Shown: one piece after another, positions 26,349 to 38,549 of the stretch
Position numbering within the stretch: the stretch's first letter is position 1
Layout of the letters: every line of letters starts with the position of its first letter
Origin: Gnetum montanum
Lineage: Eukaryota > Plantae > Gnetophyta
Reading direction: 5' to 3'
DNA length: 64,000 nt
Assembly (NCBI GenBank): GCA_015680685.1
Contig: MNCI01002555.1
Coordinates: 127,337-191,336 of the forward strand
The notes under the pieces: generated by a model
The model's input: only the letters and a program-made list of their open reading frames with translations
What the model was told of the DNA's origin: nothing
Databases searched by the model: none
Position numbers and translations under genes: made by a program

Positions 26349-29300
26349 CTTGCATAAAGAAAAATAAAAACATAATGACCATTTGGCATTACTTGGAAAA
26401 TTTTTAAAAAAACATCAAGTTGGAGATGAAATTAGCCTTTTTAAAAAGCTCTCAGGTGTTTATCTAAATTAGCTAAAGCAATTCCATGAGAAAACATTAT
26501 TACAACCATGCATAGCCTTACATTATGAAAATACTTGCCAAAATTAGAAAAAACATATAGTCAAAGGTGAAATTAGCCTATGTAAAAAGCTCTAAGGTGT
26601 TTATCTAAATTAGCTTAAGAAATTTCATAATAGCATTTTTGCCATCTTTTATAGTCTTTTACTTCGTAACCAAAATATTATAGCCAAAATCATATAGTCA
26701 AAACTAAGCCTTAGTCTAAATTATGCATAAATTTAGAAAAAAAAATGTAAACTATGCATAACTAAGCCTTATTTTAAATTATGCATAAATTTAGAAAAGG
26801 CATGAATAAATTTTAAAAAAGCATTAAAACTTAAAAAAAAATTAATTTTTTTTTTTAAAAAAGCATGTAGCCATAGTGAATATTTTTTTTTAAAAAAAAT
26901 AGTGAAGCCATTTTTTTTCTTAAAAAGCATATTTAAAGTATATGTTTCACATGAGTTTACATGAGAAACTACACATATCAATCACTTCCATCCCCAGAGG
27001 GTAACATGCTACAACCATAATTTTACCTTGTTCACATAGTTTATCCAAGAAATTGATTAAAAATTCATGAAAGATTAGATTTCAATGATTTCACCATGGA
27101 AGGAATCTTGAAATCACAAGATTTGTAGCCATGAAAATTACAAATATAGATTCATAATCAATTTTTACATGAGTTATAGGAAAATTTAGCCAAAACCATA
27201 GATGTCAACATTAACCTCCTTTTGAATAGGGTTAGGAAAAAATTCATTAAAAATTTGTTTCACCACCATTTGAAAGATTAAATTGATTCCTAAATAACCA
27301 TGGTTAGAAAAAATTAAAAACCATTGTTATTTATTTAGAAAAAATTTATCAACTTAGACAAAATTTTGGAAATGGCACAAACTTCCTTTTGACATAGGCT
27401 TCATAAAAAATTCATTAATTATTTGTATTAAGTGAAATTAGAGTGATTCTACCTCTGTTGGAAAGTTGAAACCAAGGCTTACTTAACCATAGCCAAAGAA
27501 TAGCAAAAACCCCTATCATTTGCTTAGAAAAAATTTGTGAACTTACATGAAATTTTAAAAACGACATCAAAAACCTAATTGCATGACCTTAGGAAAACAA
27601 CCATAACTCCATCATTATTAATTCAAATCAAACAAAAATTTTTTTTGGAAATCTTAAATGAAGGGCTATGAACCCATGACATCATATTTTGAAAATATGT
27701 GGATTTTTTCTTAAGAAAAAATACACAACATTTCTTGCTTTTTCATGTAAAAAAACTAAAAATCCTAAAGTCCAACTTAATATAGCCATAAAAACATAGC
27801 AAAAAAATTGAAACAAATCAATACCCATTAAAAAATGCACCAAAATACTAGGGTAGGATTTCATTGAAATTTAATTTTGATGAATACTTTGGCCTAGATT
27901 TGAAAAAACAACCATAGCCCAAAATTTTGGGGAAAAAGCATAAAAATGGTAGGCTTGATTTTAAAAGTCAATTCTATTGAGGAAAAAACAATGAAAAAAA
28001 TGTGGAACCATGTGGAAAAGACCAAAATAAGAGTTGGATTTTGACAAAATTTCAATTTACCCCCTCTCTCAAAGTAGATATGAGAAAAATGGCCCCACAT
28101 GTGGTAAGCAAAATAGAAGAAAATGATAGAAAGTAGCTAAGAAATGAAGGAAAAAATAGGTAGAACTACCTACTAATAGCTTCATAAAATGATCATCCAT
28201 CTTCTGAATTGTAGGGTTCCAACTCTTTTCCCCTCACTACTTAGGTGCCATGACAAGCTCAACATTGGGGATGATTAAGATTAGGAGAAAATGGGAGTTC
28301 TACGTTGGCTATGATAAGGATGGAAGGCTTCCATGCTAAAAATTATTTTATTCTACCATAAGAATCTCTTTTCAAGAATGATAATTATGATTGAAAACTT
28401 GCAAAAATTCAACCATATAAACCACATCTAAACCTAAAGGCACACCTTGAAACCCTAGCTACTAATTCAGTGCACCATAACTCCAAGTGCATTGAAGTGT
28501 AAAGGGGTGAAAGTATTTTCAACATTGATTTTGTGTGGGAAAAAAATTCACTTTTCCAAATTTTAAATTGTTGGATTATGGGCCCCACCCTACACCTTCT
28601 CTCTTAATGAAAATTACATCAATGTTAAGATTTTTTCCAATTTTGACACTTAGAACCATATTGCAACCTTAACTCCCATGCATCCATGCTAGGGATGCCA
28701 TGTCTAGCATGGATACATGCCTTCCATTTTAAAAAATCATTAAAATAAAACTATTTAACCCTTTTTAATAACCAAAACCTACCTTTTTCAACCTTCCCAA
28801 AAGTGGGTGAGACATGAACAAAGCTAGAAACCATGGATTTCCATGATTGGGCCAACAGTGCCTAGCATGGAAGAAGAGGGGTAACACCCATACGTACTTC
28901 CCTAGTACCCATCTAGCCTAGATTTGACCCCAAAGTGGACCTGCATGACCTAAAATCCCTTTGAGAATCTTTGACAACCGCAGAACCTCACCAAACTAAG
29001 TTGCAACTAGTTGAAACCTTGGGATTTTGTGTTTCCATATTGGAGGAGGCTTCATCCATGTTGATCCTCTCACTCCCATCATGGATGAATGGAGGGAGGC
29101 TAGAAGTAACTAAATCAACTATCTAGTAGCCATCAAAGCCCATGATCCTTAGACCTTGCTAGAATCCTCTGGAGATTCTGAAATCCCTAGAAGTGGTCAA
29201 ATATGACAAAAAAATACCATCCCACTCTCATACATTCTAGGGTAATCATGCCTTGTGGGAAGAAAGTGGGAAGACTACATGAGGCACTTAGAATCCCCTA

Positions 29301-31989
29301 AATTGCTAAATGTTAATGTCTAGGACTAACCATCAACATTGGCAACCTTGGAGGCTAACATGCATGGTCAATTAGCTATCAATCTAGCCTAGATTTGACT
29401 TTATTTGTTGGGGAAGACCTCTTCCATGCTGATCATCTGAGTCCTAGTGTGGATGAAAAGGGGGAAGCCAAAACTATTGAAATTTTCATGCAGTTTAATT
29501 TTTGGAAGCAACCCCATCCTTCCAGAAGCCATTTGACTTCTAAAAGTAATCATTGATGATCAAAAATCCTTTTCCACTATTTTTCCACACTGAGCCTTCC
29601 AACTTTAGTGTGGATAGAAGGGGGAAAGCTTAAGAATCCTCTCACAGCCTTCAAAACAACTAAAATTTGACCTCAGACACTGATGGCCAATACTAGCAAC
29701 CCTATAGACACTCATGCATAGCTTGATTTAACCATGAAAGCTAAAAAGCCTTTCCCCTCTAATCTTCCACACTAAGCATGAAAGCCCTAGCATGAAGAAT
29801 TGGGGAAAATCTTAAAAATATCTTGAGAACTCTTGAAACTATCAAATTTTGACATTAGGTATTAGCAGTCGATGCCAGCAACCTTAGAAGCCTACATGCA
29901 TAGCTAGAAATGATGGAAAATGGTACAAATTAGGGTCCCTTAGTTCTTGAATGATAAGAGCCATCTCTTCCACGTTGTTCAGCATGGATGAAAGTGGGGA
30001 ACTTTTGGGGGACTCAAAATAAACCCCTAGAGACCTCAAATGAACATTGGAAAGCCTTGTGAGTCTCCTAGAACCTCGTTTGCACATCCTTAGACCTTCA
30101 AGACTATCAAAATTGATTATAAGTGGCCAAAAAGCCTTTCCCCCTAATTTTCAACACTAAGAATGGAAACCATAGCATGGAAAAATAAGGAGAATCCAAA
30201 AAACCACTAAAAAACACTTGAAATGATCAAAATTTAACACTAGGCAACAAAAATCAACACTAGCAACCATAGAGACCTACATGCATGACTAGAAATGATG
30301 CCAAAAATTAAAAAGTTTATTTCCCTAGCCTTGCATTTTGAGCATACTAACCCCAACATGGAAAATAGGGGGAATCTCAAAAACCCTCTAAGAAACCTTC
30401 AAATTGGCCAGAATTGAGCTCAAACCCTAGTCCTCAACCCTAAAAACTATGGAAGCATGTATGCATGATCAATTGAGGGAAAAAATGGGCCAGATCTGGG
30501 ATTGATAATTCTACCATAGTAGGGATTCCTTCTTTCATGATAAGCATAATATATGCAGCATGGAAACACAAGGGGGCACTTGTTTGGAGCTCTTAAACAC
30601 CTCAGAATAACACTAAATGACCTTACATTCACTCTAGAACCCTATTAGCAGACATTGGAGCCTTCAAACCTCAGAAAACTAATCCTAGATGGCAAAAATA
30701 TGTTTTCCCCTATTTTTCCATGTTAAGATCCCTAGCCTCAATATGGAAAAAGGGGAAAAGCAAAAAGACCACTTGGGAAAATTTGAAATTGCCAAATTTT
30801 GACATGGAGACATAGCCCTTGGCCCTAGCAACTTTGGAGGCTAACATGCATGGTTGATTATGACATGAATTAGCCTAGATATATCATTCTTGCTTCATCC
30901 ATGATGGGTAAGGCCCCTTCCACATTGGGTAGCATGGAAAGAAAGGAAAAAAATGCTAGTTTTCCACTTTTGGTTGCAAGATGACACTCCCAGAAGCCAA
31001 AGATCCACGTCAAAGAATCCCAAGACCTCATAGCCTCAATATTTTTCTTAGTTGACTTCATTTCAACCTCCAAAATCCATTCCTCTTAATATTCCATCTT
31101 GGAGTAACTCCCCCAACATAGAAACAAAGAGGGAAGACCTTAAGTACCCTTGAATGACCTCCAAATATGCTCAAAATCAACCAAAAACTTGTAGAATCAT
31201 GATCTACAAATCTAGGGGCCTAGAAACCTAGTTAAAGCACTCCTGAACTACTTTGAATCCACAAAATAAGTGTCCCCTGATTCTTCCATGATGAGGATAC
31301 TATGCTTAGTGTGACATGGGGGGAAGCCATTTTGACATGTTTTAACACTCAAAATCAACTCAAATTGCCTCAAAATGAAGCTAGATGGTGCATAACTTTC
31401 AGATCTAGGTTTTAGATACTTTTTTAACCTCATTTGATCTTGTTTTGGCTAAGGTTTTTTTTCTTCACACTGAGTCCTCTTTCTTCCATGCTGGCTAGCA
31501 TGGAAATAAGGGGGAAGGCTCTAGAGCATGCTTTTTGGCCTTTATAGGCCTTTGGAGTGCCTAATTTTTATGGATATAACCCTACGTTACCTTGGGAACA
31601 TTTTAGAACCTTAATTTTAAACCTCTGAGCATCCCAAAACTGATTTTCTTTAGTTTCCATGCTAAGGATCACTATTTCCAAGCTAAGCCCAGCATGGAAG
31701 CCTCAAAACATGGCTTGATAAGGCCTAAAACTAGCAAAACTTAACCATTTTTTACCTATATTAACTAATTTTTTACCATATATAGCATATTTTGCTTAAT
31801 TTTTGCCTTATTATGTAATGTTTTGGGTTTTTTTGGACTTGTGTTACATTGTTGACCTTGTTGACCTTCTATATCCTTTATGTAGCCTTATATGCCTTAT
31901 TATAGCTTTAGTTGCCTTTTTTTGACCTCTAAATGATATCAAATATTAGGGTTTGACCTTCTTTGACCACTATTTAACAGCATGTGACC

Positions 31990-32072
31990 AGGGCATGCTA
32001 AGGCCTTAAACTTGCATCATAGTTCACCAAGACTCTAAGCTAGCATTATAGCTTGCTAAGGCCTAAACCTTG
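31990..32072 (+). repeat. Hairpin-TTAAACT units upstream of RT (B)
   Basis: GGCA-TGCTAA-GGCC-TTAAACT and AGTT-CACCAA-GACT-CTAAGCTAG. Confidence 0.6.
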
Positions 32073-32322
32073 AAAAATTATGACCTTTGTTAATCATTTG
32101 TAGCTTTATTTCTTATACTTCCCATTGCTTGACCTTTATTTAACCTTTTTTCATTACTATTGCATTTTTTTGCATTGTTCTTACCTCATTGATGACCTTG
32201 GATTACCTTGATTGCATTAGATTTGCATGTGTTTGCATAATTTTATAGCATTTTAGCATTATTTATTCACTTTTACCTAGGTGCCACTTAATATGATTTT
32301 GGTTGACATGCATAATCTAAGT

Positions 32323-35300
32323 ATGAGTACATGGGAGCAAATTAGTTTACCTTTGTGTCTACATGGACCTCACGGTGATGTTGAACAATGCATTGAACTT
32401 GATTGTCTAGATCTTGAGCCCAAGAGTCTTGTAGATCACATCGCCTCAATAGAGAAACCTCTCAAATGGTTGGAATACCTGGTCAAAACCCTTGACTTAG
32501 AGGTAGGTGAAATAATTGAAGACTCTCTAGTTGAGGTCCCTATCACAACACATAGTGGTGGAGAGAAAACCCTTAAACTAAGTTCCTCACTGGAACCTCA
32601 ATATGCTCAAGACATCACCAAGGTCCTATAAAACAACATTAAGATTTTTTCCTAGTCATATGAAGATATTCCAGGCCTAGACCCTCATTTAGTCTCGCAC
32701 AACATCATATTAGACGTTAGCATTAGATTGGTTAAGCAAAAAGTGTGCAGAATTCAATCTAATTTGGATTTAGTAGTTCCTAATGAAATCTCAAAGCTCT
32801 ACCAAGAAGGTTTCATTAGGGCTATCAACTATGTATAATGGGTGTCCAACATAATGGTAGTCCCTAAGAAAAATGGGAGTATCTGTATTTGCATTGACTT
32901 TCAAGACCTAAATAAAACAACCATCAAGGATGACTTCCTATTGCCTAGTATCAATTAACTTATCGATACTATGACTGGACATGCCTTTTTGTCCTTTATG
33001 GATGGATTATTTGGATATAAATAGATTAGGATCAACCTAGAGCATCAACTTAGCATAACCTTCATGACCCCTTGGGGTACTTTTTGTTATACCATGATGC
33101 CCTTTGGCCTTAAGAATGTAGGAGCAACATACCAGAGGGCCATGACCTATATCTTCAACAGTTACATGCTAGGTTTGCTTAATGATTATGTAGATGATAT
33201 AGCCATTAAGTCCAAAGTAGCCAATGACCATGCTAATGATCTAGATCTTGTGCTTAAACAATGTCTTAAGTATGAGCTTAGGTTCAATCCTAAGAAATGT
33301 ATCTTTAGTGTTAAGATTGGTAAGATGCTTGGCTTTGTAGTCTTTGAGGTAGGGATATGTGTTGATCGTGATAAGGTAAAGGCCATATCTAAATTAGTAG
33401 GGCCTACCAACCTTAATGAGCTTTGGGGATTACAAGGTAGATTGAAATTCATTTGTAGATTTATCATTAGGATTACCGATAAGTTACAACATATGCAACA
33501 TTTCCTTAAGAAAGGTGTTCACTATGAGTGGATGGCTCAATGCCAAGAGGCCTTTGAAAACCTTAAGCAAGATTTGGCATAGCTATTGACAATCTATCCT
33601 TTTTAAGAGGGTAAACCATTGTATATCTACCTTTCCATATTAGATGCATCCATTGCCTCTTCACTCTATCATAAACATGATGATGAAGTAGAAATGCATG
33701 TATACTACCTTAGTCATGCATTAGTAGCCCACAAGACTTGATATACTAAAGTGAAGAAGTATTGTCTAGCACTAGTCTTCTCCTTGAAGAAGTGGAGATA
33801 CTACCGCTTTAGAAGTAAAGTTAACATAATTTTCAAAAACAAGATACTTAGAGCCATAATGACCAACATTTATGAAAGCAGTCGTATAGCCAGATGGAAA
33901 GCCATAACCATGGAATTTAACCTTCATTATGTCTCTCAATCCTCAACAAAAGGTCAAGCTATAGTTGTACAACTTACAATTTCACTTGTTGATGACCAAG
34001 CATCATAGATCCTAAATTCCTTGATGAATAAATTAATGTAGTTAGCAAAGTACCCAAGGGTTATGAGGTAGTCATGCACTTTGAAAGAGCTTCAACTACC
34101 CATGGGACCAGTGCCACTACCATCATAACATTTCCATTTGGTGAAATCTAATCCTTCGCCTATCATTTTTAGTTCCCATTGTTTGAGTAGAGAGATGATG
34201 GTGGTTCATAACCTAGGAATTAGATGCTTAATGATCAAAGGTGATTTGCAACTTGTGGTCAACCAAGTAACAAACTTTTATGCATGTAAGGCCAAACACT
34301 TGCAACCTTATTATGACCTAGGAAAGAAATTGTTAGAATAATTTACAAACATTAATATCCAACACATACCCCAAAACAAAAACAAAATAGTTTATGCAAT
34401 TACAATGTTAGCCCTTAGTGTGATTCCAAATGTGTTTATTAAGTTGCCCACATTAACCATGGACTATGATACTCCCATCACATAGAGCACTAAGGATACC
34501 CTTGTGGCCATCGTTCATGCTATTCTTTCCAGGGAGTGGTATGAAGATATCAAATTTTACCTTATTCATGGTGAATCCTCACAATGCCTAACTACTACTC
34601 AGAAGGATTTTGTATGCAAGTGATCGAAGTAGTATGTCATCATGGACGATAACACATTATGTCGATGATCCTATGATGGCATACTCCTAAAGTACTCAGG
34701 TAAAATTGAAGCCAAAATAATCCTAAAGGAGGTTCATGAGGGTGTTTGTGTAGGACATATAGGACCTAGAGCCATGGTTGCTAAAATTATATGGTTAGGC
34801 TATTACTGGTTCCATATGAAAAATGAATGCTTGCATAAGGTTAAGCAGTGTGATACATGTTAGCAATATAGCAACCTTATACATGTATGACCAACTAAGT
34901 TGCATAACACTTAGATAACATGGCCATTTCAATGATAGGGGTTGGATATCATTGGACCGAGGATACCTAAATCTTCTATAGGACATAACTTCATCATCAC
35001 CATGACCAAATACTTTACCAAGTGGGTTGAAGCTATTTCCCTATGGAAGACTACATCTGAGCAAGTTTGCAAGTTTATCCTAGATAACATTGTAGCTAAT
35101 TTTGGCATACCCATGACCATAGTTATTGATAATGGACCAAAATTTAGTAGCAATGAAACAAAAGATTTTTTTCGCAACCTAGGCATTAAGCATTCTCATC
35201 ACCTTATTACCCTTAATCCAATGAACAAGTAGAAGTAAGCAATAAGATCATCATCAACTTATTTAAAAATATGCTTAATAAAAACAAGTGTAAATGGCAT

Positions 35301-35765
35301 AAGAGGCTTTTCCATGCACTATGGGCATATAGAAAAACCTATCACATAGAAAGTGGTATGACTCCTTATAGCTTGGTTTATGATTCTAAATATATATTAC
35401 CTCTTGAATTATAGGTGCCATCACTTTGAGTAGCCTTGACCAACTTCATCAATGATGACCAGGACAAGGAGTTGCAAACAACGACCTTGGACTTAGTGGA
35501 GGAGTAATGTATGTAAGCACTTGCTTAGATTGAACAAGAGGTAGAAGTGACAACATCACCATAACTTGATCATGTGTAAGATCAAGAAGGGTGACCTAGT
35601 TCTCAAGGTCGTCCATGAGCACATAGATAAATTCTTAGCTAACTAGAAGGGTCCTTCTTTGTCACTAGAGCCTATGGGAATGGTGCATTTAGAATAGCCA
35701 ACATGGATGGGAATGAGCTAGCCAATCCAATTAATCATTCCTATCTAAAGCCATACTACATGTAG
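32323..35765 (+). pseudogene. pol: pol of B: RT, RNase H, archaeal-type RNase H, integrase (GPF module, no chromodomain seen)
   Basis: CIDFQDLNK, MPFGLKNVGATYQR, YVDD; aRH GDLQLVVNQV; integrase GLDIIGP, YFTKWVEA, DNGPKF, KGPF...YLKPYYM*. Confidence 0.92.
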
Positions 35766-35797
35766 CCAAAAATCATCAACTAGTAAGCCTACTTTCA

Positions 35798-35885
35798 ATA
35801 GTCTGCTATGACCTTAAATTGACAACATGTCTTGCTTAGGCTTTAAACTAGTATCATGGCCTGCCACGACTATAAACTAGCAACT
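35798..35885 (+). repeat. Hairpin-TTAAACT units after the integrase stop (B)
   Basis: AGTC-TGCTAT-GACC-TTAAATT and GGCC-TGCCAC-GACT-ATAAACTAG. Confidence 0.65.
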
Positions 35886-35999
35886 TTGATGACCTAGATA
35901 GTGTGATTCTCATGTGTCTTGAATGCATTGTAGCATTATAATATGTAGTGGTGTGTTGTATTATTTGTCAGTGCCTCTTAGGTTAATCCTCTAGGCATC

Positions 36000-36015
36000 A
36001 ATAAAGAGAGGCCAT
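36000..36015 (+). promoter_or_regulatory. Polypurine tract of B
   Basis: AATAAAGAGAGGCCAT immediately before the 3' LTR; homologous to the PPT of C. Confidence 0.7.
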
Positions 36016-36865
36016 TAAAATACCACAAAAATTTGCATGTTATAGTAAATCTTCATCATGTAGCTTTCACCTCATGAAACCTAAGGTAAAACTTCCTTGT
36101 AAATGTGAATATTGTAATCCATAGTGGGAAATTTCAAATAATTTATACTTTTGGGGCTAAAAAATGCCTCATAAGTGGTCAAAGCCTCATTCCCCAAGTG
36201 AAATAAATCACCTAGTGTCTATATTTGGACTTGGGGGGTGGGGGGTGGGTGGGGTTTAAAATGCCTTTTGGAATGCCCAAAATGGAAATTTTATGGGTTT
36301 TATGGGCGGTATAAATTTTTCTACACTTGAAACACATGTAGGAGGTAAATCTCACATACCCCCAGTGTGGAAGAATGGGGGTTTTGGAAACTTTCTCCCT
36401 TTAGTGTGGAGACCACATGCATAGCCTGGAAACCTTCCCTCCTCAATGTGAAAGTTTTTCCCATTGTGGAGTCTTCACCCCCAATGCTGAAAATTGCATC
36501 CCCTAGTGTCGAAGCCACAAAAGCTAGATTTTAACACTTCATGCACTTCGACATTAACTAGCCACTTCAGCAACCATGGTGGAGAGCTTAGCATCTAAGA
36601 TTCATCTCTAGCATGGAAAGTGTACCTTAGTTACTATTTATAGTAAATGGAATGACCATGGGAGAAGGTGATTACTATGTATAGTGTTGGCACATTTTGG
36701 CCATTTCATGGAACAGACACATTGTGGGATCAATTGCGATAAACTATTATAGAGGTAAGGACTATAGAAAAAGTTACAGTGAAAAGTTTTACTGCAACCC
36801 CATTGAAGTGGTTCTTCTAGAAGGTGGAACCCTTCCATCTTCTGCCATCTTCTGTGTGGCATTCT

Positions 36866-37573
36866 AAATGCTTGACACTGTATGGGAGTGGGATTTTCAT
36901 AGCCCTGCTTGCTGATAACATTCATTAATGCTATCGAAAATCTAGAGTCATCAAATTTCTTGATGGGCTTGGGAACATCAAATCTAGAAAGCTTGATTCC
37001 CAGACTCTGCCAGAAAGCTTCAGTTTCCAAAACAATCATGGCGGCAATAGAAGTGCTCTCCTCGTAGAAATCCTTATTGAAGGGATCGTACTCAATCTGT
37101 GAATGATCCAAAGCAGGAATAAGCTCAATCTCCTTCTTATCATTGGGCACAACCAGATTACCATCATAATTGTACTCGAGATGGCCCTGGGCGGCGTCGA
37201 CGGCCTTGGCGACAACATAAACCTCCTGGTCAAAATCATATCCAGCATTTAAGGCATCCATTTCTTCCTGGATTCCCGCCATGAACGCATCCAGTGGATC
37301 TACTTCTCTATCGTTGTCATCATCATGGGCATCATTGTTGTTCTTGTCATTGTCATCGTCGTTAATCTGATTATTGATGTTGCTGAAACCCTTGGCATAC
37401 TCGATGTCGTCCAGGTCGTGACCTTCGAAGTGGTCGTGAGGGGCTCTGGTTGGCAATGACATGTACAGATGCCGCTGTGATTTCACAGATTCGAACCCTG
37501 GAATTGTAGAATCGCCCAGGGAACCTGGCCTATTTATGCCAAAACCCTCGCATCTGAACTTGCGCCTTGACAT
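36866..37573 (-). pseudogene. RH24: Captured 5' fragment of DEAD-box RNA helicase 24 (DDX42 ortholog), truncated at the Q motif
   Basis: MSRRKF..EGFGINR, VDPLDAFMAGI, DALNAGYD..EVY..AKAVDA, IPALDHS.I.Y.PFNKDFYEE and KQGYENPTPIQCQA match the plant RH24 N-terminus. Homology stops before Walker A. Confidence 0.9.
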
Positions 37574-38474
37574 TCTGACCCTTCCTATTTCGTAGGAAAA
37601 TTCGAGTAGAAATTTGGAAACTGGATGAACAACTGCTGCTGCTGGTCAATCTCGCTGGATTGTGGATATTAATTCATGTGAATTCTTCAATCGCTGGCCT
37701 TTCCATGTGCGCAATTGTAGAAGCTCTGCGAGAGAAGCAACTAATCGAACAGGCTTCTGAATCTTGGACTGCTATGATTAGCACAACCAAAAACTCCCAA
37801 AATACGATTCCCTGGCCTTCTATATTGGAAATATCAATGTCCATATTAGGTAGCTTGGATTTTTATATTACACCTTTGTTATGTTTTGTTATGTTTGATT
37901 CTCCGAATTCCACGTTGCTTGTGGCTTTGGATATTGGTAGATATTTGTTCTGGGTGCCCCGTGACTGCAAACACTGTTCTTCCAATTTATCACTCAACTC
38001 TAGCAAACATCGTGATTTACAAACACACCAGCCCATCTGTTAAGGGAGTAATCCACAAGTTTTCACCGTTGGTGGTACAACCACTTCCATGGGCCTTGCT
38101 ACTTGGACTAGCCCACATTATTTACAGGCCACGTGGCCCTAATATTCTCTTTATTTAAAAACCATAGAACATTAACTTTGGGTTTTGATGTAAGTAATTT
38201 AATTGTTATTATGCTATTGTACATGTACCAAGTGAGTATTAATATTGATTTAAAAATTTGCATATGCTAAGAAGTTATATTGGATAGTTATCCAATAGGA
38301 CACTTGGCCACCATAGATTTTATTTCTATAGTTGTAACTTTGTGTGGAAGTTGCAACTTCCTAGCCTTAATCCCATGATGTTTATAACCACTAAAAAGGA
38401 CACTTGTCAACTACAACCTCTTTATCTCCACAATGGCCACTTGTCAACTACAAATTTTTTATCTCCATGATGAC

Positions 38475-38549
38475 CACTTGGCAACTGAATGAAGACACTT
38501 GGAAACTGAATGAAGACACTTGGCAACTAAATGAAGACACTTGTCAACT
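38475..38549 (+). repeat. 21-bp tandem repeat in U3 of solo LTR F
   Basis: CACTTGGCAACTGAATGAAGA x ~3.5; related CACTTGTCAACT copies lie upstream. Confidence 0.85.

Noticed and set aside
36638-37573. Functional host RH24 gene
   Set aside because: Truncated before the helicase core, lies within a TSD-bounded LTR, and no downstream exons are visible.
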